Shown one piece after another: positions 1-12,105 of a DNA stretch of 64,000 bases. The notes below the pieces were generated by a model. That model did not search any database and was not told the DNA's origin. It saw only the letters and a list, made by a program, of their open reading frames with translations. Each line of letters opens with the position of its first letter. The stretch's first letter is position 1. The DNA is from Octopus bimaculoides (lineage: Eukaryota). The DNA lies in NCBI RefSeq assembly GCF_001194135.2, contig NC_068981.1, forward strand, positions 85,935,649-85,999,648. The letters are read 5' to 3'. The translations under genes and the position numbers were made by a program.

Positions 1-60
<60 letters not shown>
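1..60. repeat. (AT)n microsatellite
   Basis: Near-perfect AT dinucleotide run at the window start. Confidence 0.95.
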
Positions 61-62
<2 letters not shown>

Positions 63-379
63 GTGTGCACATGCATACCCATTGTTGAATATTCAAAAAT
101 GGTTCTTCATATACTTTGTAAGAAACTATTAAACAGTTTCTGGTATTTTTTTTTGTTTTTGTAATAGTGTATATATTGTAGATATTCCTACTTTATAAAT
201 CTCAACATAAATTTCCAACATGCTTGTTATATTAGCACAATGCTGGTTGTATGTGTATGTGTGTGTGTGTGTGTGTGTGCGTGTGTGTTGCTTTCTAATA
301 GTTTTTGGATGCTTGTTGATTTCTTTTCTTTTTTTTCTTGTCAGTGAATATTTTGTTTGTGTTATAATTGGAAATAATA

Positions 380-600
380 GGGTGGCCAGGTGACAGAATC
401 GGTAGCATGTTAGATCAGGCAAAATGCTTAGCAGCATTTCTGGCTCTTAATGTGCTGAGCTCAAATCCCACTGGGGTCACCTTTGCTTGTCATCCTTTCA
501 GGGTCAGTAAAATAAAGTACCAGTCTAGTACTGGGGTTGGTTTAATTTGATTAGCCCACTTCCCCTAAAATTGCTGGCTTTGTGCCAAACTTTGAAACCA
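380..600 (+). mobile_element. SINE family A, diverged copy
   Basis: Matches the near-consensus copy at 45745 (head GGTGACAGAATCGGTAGC, B-box-like GCTCAAATCCC, body CATCCTTTCAGGGTC...AAGTACCAG, tail TTGTGCCAAACTTTGAAACCA). Confidence 0.75.
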
Positions 601-2074
601 CTATAATTAGAAATTATCCAATGACAATCCATGGATATCATAAGCCAGCAATGGAATAGAAATGGAGAATTTTGTGGGGAGCTTACTTTTTCACATGTAA
701 TATGTTTATATTAAAGATGTATAGAAAAGCACTTTTATGTAAAAATAAATCTTGAACACTTTTGCACAGATGTGGCTTCATTTGAGAATGCATTATAAAT
801 TTATCATAGCTTGTGTGATCTATTAGGCCACCTCCACTCCACAGTTTTTTCTGTGTGTGTGTGTTTTTTAATGTGTATATTGTATGCATCAGTCTGCTTT
901 CTATTCAAACTCATCACCCTACTGCTTAGAGAAGAATATTTTAGAGAGATAGTCAACAGAAAATCCCTTGACAACACTAACTGCTCAAGAAATGTGCCTG
1001 ATTACTCTCTGTCCACAATGTTTGACAGATTTAGTTAAATGAACCAAAAGTCTTCATTATAACTTTTTATCAGTAAATAACTATATTAACATAACTGAAT
1101 TATTTCAGAATTTGTAATAAGTTTCTATTTTGAATGAACAGTCTCAACAGCAAGTGGATGCTAACAGAATAAAGGTTAAGAAAAGGGTTAATGTTTCATT
1201 TGGAAATTAGTAAACATAATACCAGGCATAGTTATGGCTGAATGGTTTTAAGTAGTTCACTTCACAACCACAAGGTCCTGGGTTTGATTCCACTGCTTGG
1301 CATTTTAGGCAAATGTAATTTTCTGTATCCCCAGGTCGACCCAACTCTTGAGTAAAAATAGGTTGATGAGAATTCTATAAAAGTCTTTTGGACAAATTGA
1401 TTTATAATTTAAAAGTACATTCTTGTCACATGCTGTGTCTTGTTGATTTTGTCTGAGAATTTACATTAAGAGTGTATATGACTGTGGATTGCTCAGCAAC
1501 TTATCAATTCAGTTGGCAGGAAATTCAGTTCATCAAACAATACTCATTGTTGAAACTGAGAGATATCTTATTCATCCAGTAAAAATATTAATTCAAAAGT
1601 GCTGATTTGAATATTTGAGTGGTGTCAGGATGGTAGCAATGAGGTTCTGAAGAGCTTAGCAAGTCATTATGAAGACACATGGCTTTGTACTCACGTTCAC
1701 AAGATTGTGGCTCCTATTTTAACATTTCATTGTTGCTCCAATCCACTCGGCTGTAAATGAGTTCCACCAGTTACTGAGATGTCCCATTCAGATTTGGTGG
1801 GAGTGTTATAATTTCAATCAGCTTATAAGCTACGGAATTTGAGTTAATCTCTGGCTTTATGAATACTAGGACTCAGTGGAGAACTAATCTGTTAGTTATG
1901 GTAAGAGAAACAACTATAGGACCTAACTCATGAATATTTGGGAGGGATAATAAATTATCTTAGCCTAATCTTGGATGCTTTGTTTAAGGTAAAATGCTAA
2001 GAAGGTTATATTTGATAAAAATTGATGAAACATAGTCAATCTTGGAAAATTGTGAGGCATCAAAGTGTTAGTAA

Positions 2075-2215
2075 ATGTGAAGGCACATGGCTCATGATCG
2101 TAAGATTATGGTTTCGATTCCCAGACCAGGTAATGCATTGTGTTTTTGAGCAAAGCTCTTCATTTTACGTTGCTCCTATCCACTCAGCTGGTAAAAATGA
2201 GTTATCTCGCGACCA
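2075..2215 (+). mobile_element. SINE family C, 5' part
   Basis: GGTTTCGATTCCC B-box, then TTGTGTTTTTGAGCAA...CACTCAGCTGGTAAAAATGAG, homologous to the minus-strand copy at 10992-11312. Confidence 0.65.
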
Positions 2216-2769
2216 ACCAGCATTTTTTCCAAGGAAGAATAGACCAGAGAAGCCGAGAAACCAGCTCTATGCTCCTTACAGAGTAATGTGGCCTAACCAG
2301 AGAGTTTAAACATGGGATGTGTGTAAGATTCTTAAATTGTAAAGATATGAGTTGCGAGGATTTCTGTTTCGTTTTTATCCTTAAAATTAGCTAATATTTT
2401 TCAGTGCTGAAAATATTTTTTTTACTTGTCATTTGAGGAATATCCTCCTTGAAAATGGTTATTGTCATAAAAAGGAATTGACAATCAGCAAAGAAAATTG
2501 TGAGAAAAAATGAAAAACGTCTATATGAATATATGGAAAGAAAATGTTATTACTGTTAAAAAGTTATAGCAGGTTTATAATTCTCTATATATATAGGCTG
2601 TAGCCTTTCCTCTCTTGTTATTTAGTTCTTTCACTAAATAAATACAGTTTCATTTATATTGGCCTTATGATCATGAAATCTTTCACTTATCTGTCAAGAA
2701 TTTAACAGATTAGTTGTTACTGTCTTTTTTTTTTTTTGTCATCAAGATTCAGTAAACTTTTATATCAAA

Positions 2770-2984
2770 CTAGGTATATATCCGTCACTTTGCTGCCGGT
2801 AAAAATATTTGTTAATCATGCACGTATCTTTTTAATAGTGGAGACTTATAAAGTGAAAGTCTCGTTAGTTATTATGGTGACAACACTACCGATCTATCTT
2901 TCACACACACACACACAACCACTATCTGTATTACTCAACAACAACAACCTGTTTTTTGTCTTGTAACGTTTTAATTCTTTCACA

Positions 2985-3015
<31 letters not shown>

Positions 3016-3139
3016 TGAATTTCTCAACAGCATATCACCTGTCATCATGGTGAAAGGCTTTTAAAGTCTGTTGCGTTGCCGTATGTTAAAAGATATACAG
3101 AAATACATAAAAAAAAGAACGTTTTTGTTATATGGTGGA

Positions 3140-3175
<36 letters not shown>

Positions 3176-3383
3176 AAGCCTGTGTTGTGTTGACAGACTT
3201 GCACTTAAAATTCCCCGCGTTTTTAGTCAAAACTTGTTAGTTACTATGGTGACAACACTATCTGTATATCTACCTTTCACGCACTATCTCACTGTATTTT
3301 CCCCCTCAACGACAATTTTTTTCTCTTCTACATGTATCTTGTGACGGATGGACGGACAGAGATCAGCTCTTTTATAATATAAA
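2770..3383 (-). mobile_element. Non-autonomous Helitron-like element
   Basis: On the minus strand it starts A|TTTATATTATAAAA (TC start mutated) and ends with hairpin CCGGCA-GCAAAG-TGACGG (5/6 bp, 2782-2799) 8 nt before CTAG|T (2770-2773), the canonical Helitron 3' end. Confidence 0.55.
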
Positions 3384-3549
3384 TTTTTTAAAAATATGAT
3401 TAGTGGGTTTGGTTTTCTTCTTAGCAATTGTTGCTGTTTTAATCAGACTCCCATTTATCTAATTTTAAGTACTGACATATCAACACAGTGATTAGTCAGA
3501 TTTTCTTGTAAAAAAAATATTTAGTTTGGAATTAGTTTTGATATAAATA

Positions 3550-5522
3550 CAGGTATCCCGCGCATTATAGCTATATCAGGTTACGATATTTCACGCTTAC
3601 GGAAATTTCGGAATGCGGTCAATAATTTCGCTCTTACGGAAACTCATATTGCATACATTTTAAATTGTTAAAGAATTTAATACTGCACTTTCTTCTTAGC
3701 TCAATGGCCATTTTGCGTTTTAGTTAAGATCTAAGTATATAGTTAATGATTTGGAAAACTATCATTACGTTACACGCACACACACACATATGTGAGAGTC
3801 AACAGGTGAGATCCAGTGATACTCAATATAGAAAACAGTAGTGCTCAGATGATTTGATCTTACTCTCCGAGATCTTTGTCGAGAATTAATTTGTTCTGTA
3901 TATATGTTTATACATGAGTGTTTATCTGAATATTTTCAGTTTTTACTCCCCTCTCTCTCTCGCTATATATATATATCCCTATATATATTTACATGTGTAT
4001 ATGTATGTATATTTTATATATCAAGCCCAAACATGTTTATCTATATCACCCTCTCCCCCTCTATTTTTTTTTAAATGTGTGGATGTGCGTTTCTATCATC
4101 AACACGAACGCAGCAACCAACAGTAATATAGAATGAAGTAGATAAGCAGTTCCGTTTCAAATAAAAACAATGTGGTGTCCCAGTGTATTTTAAAAGTTGA
4201 ATGAAATGTCTATGAGGATTGACTGAAACCAAAAAGGTCTATAAGGGTTGACCAGAGACTAAACAGCCAGAGCAATACAGTTAGCAAGAGCAATATAACC
4301 ACTGCAACACTAACAATACACAACCACTTTGACTAACATCTAAACCAATGCAAACCATACCATCCCCACTATCAACCAACCAACTTTTGAATCCAGCTGG
4401 CTGCAACAGATAGCATGTACGCCAAAATGTGTTTGCATGAGAGAGTGTGTGTGTGTGTGTGTTTTATGTCTTAATTCGCCAAAACCTGAACTTTCTTACA
4501 GACAATATACTGAGCCACCAATTGAACGTAAATTATCTTTTTGATAATGTGAGAGTAGAATATGTCTCCAAGAATACAACTTCTTTGCTCCTGCCAATGG
4601 ATCAAGGTGTGATAGCCTACTTCAAGGCATATTATATGAGATTCAACCTACAGTTAGAGATTTCTAGACGGAATTCAACATAATGGATGTTGTAGATAAT
4701 ATAGCTGAGTCTGGGGATGAAGTGAAACCAACTTTGAATAATGCTTGGGAAAAAAATACGGCCAAACTGTATCCATGACATAACAATTTTTCATCAAGCA
4801 GACAGATATTGTGGTACTTGCAAAGGATGTAGGATTTGAAGAACTCGTAGGGGATAATGTGATTGAGTTGCTGGTATCGAAGGAAGAAAGTTTATCTAAC
4901 GAGGAGCTGATGCTGGAAAAAGAAACTAAAAATACAAATGAGACGACAGAAGTTCCACCTCCATCATATAAATTGGCTACAAAAAAATATTGCGGAAGGG
5001 TTGGCACTTATAGAGAAGATTTTACAGGTTTTTGCTGATAATGATACTAATTGTAATCGTAAAATAAAATTACAAGTGGAATTTACAATAAGCTCAGTTT
5101 CTATACTGAGCTGTACAAAGAGATGGTGCGTCAAGCTGATGTTTGTGATAATGACTACAAGATAGTAAATATTGTCCCTCATCCTTCTAGTAACATTCAT
5201 TCCACAGCCATTACTTAACAGTAGTCAACATCTTTTGTAGTAAGAACGTATTCTTACGATATTACTATTCTTATTAATTCCCTAACGTATTCCTCTCGAA
5301 ATGTTTTTGTTTTTATGTATCTGGCATATTGGACCGTGTATGTTTAGAAATTGTTATTTTCGTGTATTGAAGGTGGTTGCTTGCTCTCCTCCTCCCTAAA
5401 ATGTCCACAGGAATGCAATTTCACTTGATATGAAAATCAATAAGGAAATTCCACATTGCGAAACTTCGCGTTACGGACAAGCTTTCAGAAACGCATTCTT
5501 TCCGTAAAACGAGGGATTCTTG
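3550..5522 (+). mobile_element. Decayed Tigger/pogo (DDE_1) DNA transposon
   Basis: Transposase relics NTTSLLLPMDQGVIAYFKAYYMR (~4570-4640) and LAKDVGFEELVGDNVIELLVSKEESLSNEELM (4811-4910). Imperfect TA-flanked TIRs: TA|CAGGTATCCCGCG at 3550 and CGAGGGATTCTTG|TA at 5522. The outer limits are less certain than the transposase call. Confidence 0.6.
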
Positions 5523-6609
5523 TACATTACAAAATCTAGTTAAATACTAAGTCAACTCCAGCATTCAATCTAATTGTTATCTTGTACTGCATTTTCACTC
5601 AGGTAAACAATTACTTTTCTCTGACTCGTAAAAGGTCATGATATTGTTAAATAAGTGGAGTATGTTCAGTCTCTGTCTCTCTTTCTCTATCTCTCTCTCT
5701 CTCTCTCTCCTTTCTATTTGGTGGGTGTGGGGAGGGATTTTAGTGATGCTATGATGATCGTCATCATGTTAACGTCTACTTTTCCATCTCGCATGGGTCA
5801 GACGAAATTTGTTGTTGAGGCATTTTCTACTGTTGGATGCCCTTTCTCTTGCTTACCTCCACCTATTCCAAGCTAAGTTACACTCGCCCGTGTCTGGATG
5901 TGTTTTTATAGATAACCCCATTCCTGTGACTGTCAGTCATTTACAACTATTACACGATGTCATGACAAGGAGGCAAACACACACACACACACACACACAC
6001 CTCTTACAGGTTCCGCACATGAAATCCACTCAGGGCATTGCTTGATTCAAGGCTATAGTAGAAGACACTTGCCCTCTGAAAAATATTTCTTTACGCGCTT
6101 TTTTCATCACTTCAAATAAATATCGGCTTCAAATTTTGGTATAAGGCCAGCAGTTTTTGGGGGGCGGGGCCAAGTCGATTACATCGACCCCCTAGTGTTC
6201 AACTGGTACTTATTTTATCGACTTCCGAAAGGATGAAAGGTAAAGTCAATCTCAGCGAGATTTCAACTAAGCATTTTCCCCCGATAGATTAAATACCAAA
6301 ATTAGCAATAAGTGCTAGGGTCGATTTGTTTGACCAAACCCTTCGAAGCGATGCTGAAGCATGGCCGCGATCCAATGACTGAAACAGGTACAAAATAAAT
6401 CCAAGAAATAAAATTTCATCTTATTACATTAGGCAATCATGTCATATTAACAATATAGGCTTTCATGACTTGTTTCTAACTTGATCAGCAATTATAAAAG
6501 ACCCGCCTATAAAATACATTAGATCTTCCGTTTAAAAAAAATGACTTGGCTTTATAGGGGCGGGGAATGCTGAAAATAGCAACAATCTGTAATTGGAAGG
6601 AAATGATCA

Positions 6610-6900
6610 AGATTTTGGGTTCAGTCCCACTGCGCGGCACCTTGGGCAAATGTCCTCTACTGTTGCCTCGAGTCTTGTGAGTGAATTTGGTAGATGAAAA
6701 CCGAGGAAGCACATTGTGTGTGTGTGCTTGTGCGCCACTGCTTGACAGCTGGTGTTGGTTTACGTTCCTGTGACTTAGCGGTTCAGCAAGAAGTTAACGG
6801 TTTATATACTAAGTACTGGGATTGATTTGTTCAACTAAAACACTTGAAGGTGGTGTCCCAGCATGGCTGCAGTTCAATAACTGGAGCAAGTAAAAGAAGG
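6610..6900 (+). mobile_element. SINE family B
   Basis: GGGTTCAGTCCCACTGCGCGGCACCTTGGGCAA head, internal (TG)n, tail CCCAGCATGGCTGCAGTTCAATAACTGGAGCAAGTAAAAG. Confidence 0.8.
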
Positions 6901-7012
6901 TGTAACGAATAATTTTAATAATGACATCTTATTGATATTTCTTCGTTTAAAGACTGAGATATATATTTAAATAAGTCTTAATTTTTTTTCAATCCAAAAC
7001 TGGTTAAAAAGT

Positions 7013-7068
7013 TATGGTGCTTAAACGCAAGAAAATCACTGCCAGTGATTTTCCTATTAAGCACCATA
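7013..7068. repeat. Two-stem inverted repeat (hairpin)
   Basis: TATGGTGCTTAA (7013-7024) pairs with TTAAGCACCATA (7057-7068); GAAAATCACTG (7031-7041) pairs with CAGTGATTTTC (7043-7053). Both stems are perfect. Confidence 0.85.
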
Positions 7069-7399
7069 TACGTTATTGGTTTAATGTTTTTGTTTTCTTT
7101 ACAGTAACATTTGACATCTTTTAAAGGTTAGAACGTGTCTTACTTCTTTTATCATATTCAAGTGTTGTGTACATTATCATTTTCCTTAAATCTTTTAAAA
7201 TGGAGTTTGTAGTCCCTTAAACTTGGTTACTAGGCATAACTGATCTTCCAAATTGAAGGAAATTGAATTGTTTTACTTATTTTTTGTTTTAAACAATTCA
7301 TTAATTTTTATGTAATTCACTTTAGTTAGCTATAAGTTACATAAAGTTTCCCTGACCTATTTCCGTTAGCCTACATACTAATAGATAACCAAATACAGG

Positions 7400-8300
7400 T
7401 AAGTTGACTGCTGTACTTGAAGTGAGTACAGATGATTGGTATTTATGAAATTAATCATTAAAACTAAAATTTTCTATGCTACACGTGAAACCGGAGCCCG
7501 AATATCTCAAGTACCAATGCTTCATATTTCACTGTAGTTACTAATATTTTAGTGACATTTCAAATCAGTATTAGCTCTCCAATGTATTCCTTAGAGAGAA
7601 ACATTTAACTCCCGCTAGCTACCTGTTAATTATCAAATACTAATGCTAATGATCCAGCCAGCTACAGAAGAATAGGCTGAATTTTACTAGTAGTATTTCT
7701 AGGTGGGAAGCATTTAGTATAGAAAACACATTGGCTTGAGTCCATGACTGTTTCTATTTCAGATCGTAGATACTTTCACCTTACGTTGCTCATGTTACCG
7801 AGAAGTAAATGAGGATTGTAGTTATTGCATTCTCTTCAGAGTTTAACTTTAGGCTTTATGGATAGCTGCAGAGTATGTCTAGAAATTACTTCTGTGTACT
7901 TATTTCTTAATGGATATCATGTGAGTAAGCTAGAAAGAGATTTGTGGGAGTTTACAACCCGCTGTACACATACCAAAGGATAAAAGTCTGCTCAGTGAAA
8001 CTCGTTGTGCAGCTTTGATACCCGATTGAATTCACATTAGAGAAAACATACTTTCTCCCCGCTTACGAATGTATAGCTCTGTTTCTAAGTAAGAAATTAA
8101 TTAAAAAGCAAGCAGAGTTGTATGGTAAGCTCAGGCCCGTAGTATAGGCTCGTCTGCATTGAATTGCACTTTTCAAAATCGTTTGCGGTTGAAATAGATA
8201 TTAAGTTTACAATGGTTTCGAATTGACCAAATTTGTAGCTGTACTAAAATAAGAAAGCAACATTCTGAAGAAAAAAGTATGACATTTTTTATTGTAGCAG
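7400..8300 (-). mobile_element. Highly decayed Penelope-like element fragment (tentative)
   Basis: Broken minus-strand translation (e.g. YTEVISRH...LLLGNMSNVR*KYLRSEIE) loosely resembles the region between PLE RT and the GIY-YIG domain; many stops. A hammerhead motif lies adjacent. Confidence 0.3.
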
Positions 8301-8365
8301 TAAACAATTCGCGGAAATTATAAACAAGGCCATTAATTCTTGTTTAGATTCATTAGTCCGGGCAC

Positions 8366-8411
8366 TTCTGGCTGATGAGAATTAAGATGTCGAAACAGCG
8401 GTGTTCCAGAA
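8366..8411 (+). ncRNA. Minimal type I hammerhead ribozyme motif
   Basis: TTCTGG-CTGATGA-GA(ATTAAGATG)TC-GAAA-CA(GCGG)TGT-T-CCAGAA: intact core, perfect 6-bp stem I, G10.1-C11.1 pair, 3-bp stem III, GUU cleavage triplet. Confidence 0.75.
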
Positions 8412-8749
8412 TCGAGTACAAAGAAGAAACTGTTCTATGACAAACACAGCTGCAATTAACATATTTCCGTTCGTATCTGCCGATATGTATTAGGAATAAA
8501 TATGCAAGTCATCGCTTCGAATCTCGCTGTTCACCGTGTATATAACAATTTATTATAATATTTATTGTAGATTTAGTGTTACTATGAACTTTCTAATGAA
8601 ATTTATAACTAGTGGGGAAATACTAAACATTTTTATTTGAAAAACTTTCAATAAAGAGAACCCTGAAATGTTTGTATTTTCTGCTCAAATTCTTCATCTC
8701 TACATAGATTTTAAAATCAGAAAGTAAAGAACACCATACATAGTTAATA

Positions 8750-8960
8750 TTGGTTTCAAATTTTGGCACAAGGTCAACAAATTCGGATCGGGGGCAAGTC
8801 ATTTACATTGACCCCAGTATTCAACTGGTACCTATTCTGTCGACCCCGAAGGGATGTAAGGCATAGTCGACCTCGGCGGAATGTGAACTTGGGACGTAAA
8901 AATGAACGAAATGCCACTAAACATTTTGCCCAGCGTGCTAACGATTCTTCTAGCTCGCCG
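8750..8960 (-). mobile_element. SINE family A
   Basis: Reverse complement of the family A body and head (GTCGACCTCGGCGGAAT...GCTAACGATTCTTCTAGCTCGCCGC) with AATATTGGTTTCAAATTTTGGCACAAGG tail. Confidence 0.85.
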
Positions 8961-9039
8961 CATTACGTATTAGTAATGAAAAAAGAAAAGAACCTTTACA
9001 AACTCGTTTTCTTTCTTTCTTTCTTTCTTTCAAACAAAT

Positions 9040-9790
9040 GACATATTCATGAGGTTTTCTTACACTTTGATAACCAAGCTCGAGCTCATGTAGCAGATGC
9101 ATTTCTCCAAATATTCTCTAATTCCCTGTCGCCCACGCATTTCAATATCCTTATTACTATTTCTCAATGATTTTTATGGAGGCAAAACTGTCATTTAATT
9201 ACAACATGAAATTATTATGCTAAAAAATAAAACAAAAAACAAAAACTATATTTATCGACGATCATTCATAATAAATTCATAATAATGTACAAACAGAAAC
9301 CAGAAAACAATGCCAACTCAAACATCGTTAAATTCTCTAAAAGAACAAAAGTATTCAAATATATTTAATGTTTCTTAAATAAAAAAAAAATATTCAACAT
9401 ATTTCATCAAATATAGTAGTAAATCCACTGGATTATCTTTGCATAATCGAAGCAAAAAGAAACTATCAAAAAGGCATCTGAAGTTTCAAACCTGAAACTT
9501 TATGTTGAAGTCTTTTCAAGAAGTCTCTTCAAGGGCATTCTATTGTGTTTTTATGCAGAGAAGTATCGTATGGACGAGAGTATTAGTTAAGGAGTTACGA
9601 TATTTGAAATGCCAGCACTTTCCATCGATACGGTATCTATACACCGTCGGCACAACATACTTGATATACTCAAGATGTTTCTGGATAAGCCCAATGGTGT
9701 ATGGGATTTTAAAGTTTATTCTGAATCTATGATAATTCGAATAATATCACGGAGTTTCAACAAAAGAAAGAATTTTTAATGAAGAATATT
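9040..9790 (+). mobile_element. Decayed PLE 3' region (GIY-YIG side, tentative)
   Basis: Broken translation ...LFKGIL...VWDFK...IRIISRSF resembles the PLE end at 32465 (ILSRSLPYDKG). Confidence 0.35.
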
Positions 9791-10279
9791 ACTTTTGCAC
9801 TGTGGTTCATGTTTGTAATTTTATTCTATTGACTTTACGGCTGCAATATAGAATGACCGTATGTCTATAGATATTTACTTTACAAAGTGTAGAGTAAAAC
9901 TGCTCCTTAAGTCTGTGAGGTCGCACTGAAAACGTCGTTGCTCTGAGCAAGTCAGTTAAGTTGTACATATTCCGTTCTAAGTTACTGACTTCGACTGGAA
10001 ATGGAAAGGATAACTGAAGTTAGAATGCAATCTGTCAAACAATAAGGATTTTGTATAAATTCTGCTCGTCGTAGGAATCGGGAGTTTTTCAAAAATCAAT
10101 AATATTAATATGCCAGCTTGTTCTTTTTGTACGTACCTGTGGTGTGTGTCACATTTCAAAAGCAGAAGTGAGTGGCAAAGCGAGAGAAAGAGAGAGTGAA
10201 AGAAACAATGAGTGGCGACGGCGTTCGTTTTGCGTTTTTAAATGTTTCAGAGAGGAAGTAAGAGAGAAAAAGAGAGTGT

Positions 10280-10322
<43 letters not shown>

Positions 10323-10539
10323 TGTGTAAGAAACAGTGAGTGGTGACGGCGTTCGTTTTGTGTTTTTAAATGTTTATTACATCACAAGAAAAGTTGATAC
10401 ATAGATACATACACATTGTTAAATTAAAAGCGGGAGAAGGGAGGGACACAGAGGAAGTGAAAGAGAAAGAGGGAAAGCGAAAGAGACAGTAGATACATAG
10501 ATCCATAGACACAGCAAATATTGGATGTCACTTTCATTT

Positions 10540-10715
10540 TTCATTACCACACGAGGATAAAATTAGCTCACAAATGGCTGAGTACTCCACAGACATGCAT
10601 ACCATTAACGTAGTTCTCAGTGAGATTCAGCCTCACACAGAATATGACAAGGCTGGCCCCTTTGAATTACAGCCACGACTCATTTTGGCCAGCTGAGTGG
10701 ACTGGAGCAAGATAA
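10540..10715 (-). mobile_element. SINE family C, internal fragment
   Basis: Homologous to 11065-11190 (TGGCTGAGTACTCCACAG...GACTCATTTT...GCTGAGTGGACT). Confidence 0.8.
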
Positions 10716-10991
10716 ACTTTCAAGTAGTTGGAAGAAAATGAAAAAAGATCCTATATAGAGGCAGGAAAATATTTTTAGTCGTTAGGGTCACTATGGGTCA
10801 CACAGATCTGGAAGTCAAGCCCCCAGATAAACACTGATGCGCAGGCTGCTGTTATCAAACTGAGCGTAAGTTGAGGGCGAATACACGACGGAATAGCAAT
10901 TATTTCGTCTTAGCTTTCGCTGCTTACACTAAACACATTTTTGCCTTACGATATGGAACATTTCCTTTTCTTTCACTCTTTTTAAAAGATA

Positions 10992-11312
10992 GCACTCCGT
11001 CGCTTACGACAACGAGGTTCCTGTTTATCTCTGATCAACGGAACAGTCTGTTCGTAAAATTAACGCGCAAGTGGCTGAGTACTCCACAGGCATGCATACC
11101 ATAAGGTAGTTCTGAGGGAGATTCAGCCTCACACAGAATGTAACAAGGCTGGCCTCTTTGAATTTCAGCTACGACTCATTTTTGGGAGCTGAGTGGACTG
11201 CAATAAGGTGAAGTAGAGTACTTTGCTCAAAAACACAGCGCGCCGCAGAGAATCGTACTCAAAACTTTACGATCGTGGGCCGAATACCCCTAACCACCGA
11301 ACCAATCACCTT
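10992..11312 (-). mobile_element. SINE family C, near full length
   Basis: Minus strand: tRNA-like head (GGTGGTTAGGGGTATTCGGCCCACGATCGTAA), central CAGTCCACTCAGCT...AAAAATGAGT block, tail CTCGTTGTCGTAAGCGACGGAGTGC. Confidence 0.85.
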
Positions 11313-11819
11313 CATTCTCTTAACCGTAGAGAAAAGGAACGAAGCGATAGAGACAGAGAAAGAAAAGCCTTAGTCATTTGCAATGACAATTAGGCTGAAA
11401 TACGATCGCTCTTTATAGCTTCTTTACTTTTAACAACAAAGATGAGGGAAAGACATTTAGTAATGAATAGAGGGAAAGTCATTCAGGTTATTACATTTTT
11501 ATTCTGGGAGTTCTAGAACGATTGAGTGTTACTTCTCTCTTCTTTCTCCCACTCCCGGTACTTATTCGCCTTCTTTCATAGTTCTTCATTTCTTTTAGTT
11601 GAGAGAGAAAGACCATGTTTTTTTTTCAGGCACATTTAACGTTTTTTTTTACAAACTACAAACACCCCACCACCTCTTTTTGTTTTTTCATACAAAATCT
11701 AATGGAGATTTCGAACAGAGTCCAGAAAATTGGGTAATATCCCCTACAAAATGGGTGGGAGAGAAAAGTTGCCAACAGGTGGCTACACGAATTTCAACTC
11801 TATACTTTAAAGAGTGTAT

Positions 11820-12105
11820 TCTACTATAGCTTCGGGCCAACCAAAGCCTCGTGAGTGAATTTGGCAGACGGAAACTGAAAGAAGCCCGTCATATGTGTAT
11901 GTGTGTGTCTGTGTTTGTCTCTCCACTACCGTTGTTTGACAACTGATGTTGGTGTGTTTGCATCCCCGTAACTTAGCTATTTAGCTGAAATGACTGATAG
12001 AATAAGCACCAGGTTTACAGGGAATAAGTCCAGGGGTCGATTTCTTCGACTAAAAGGCGGTGCTCTAGCATGGCCACAGTCAAATGACTGAAAGAAGTAA
12101 AAGAA
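11820..12105 (+). mobile_element. SINE family B, 5'-truncated
   Basis: CTACTATAGCTTCGGGCCAACCAAAGCC...GGAAACTGAAAGAAGCCCGTC...GGCGGTGCTCTAGCATGGCCACAGTCAAATGACTGAAA, near the consensus of the 54634 copy. Confidence 0.9.
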
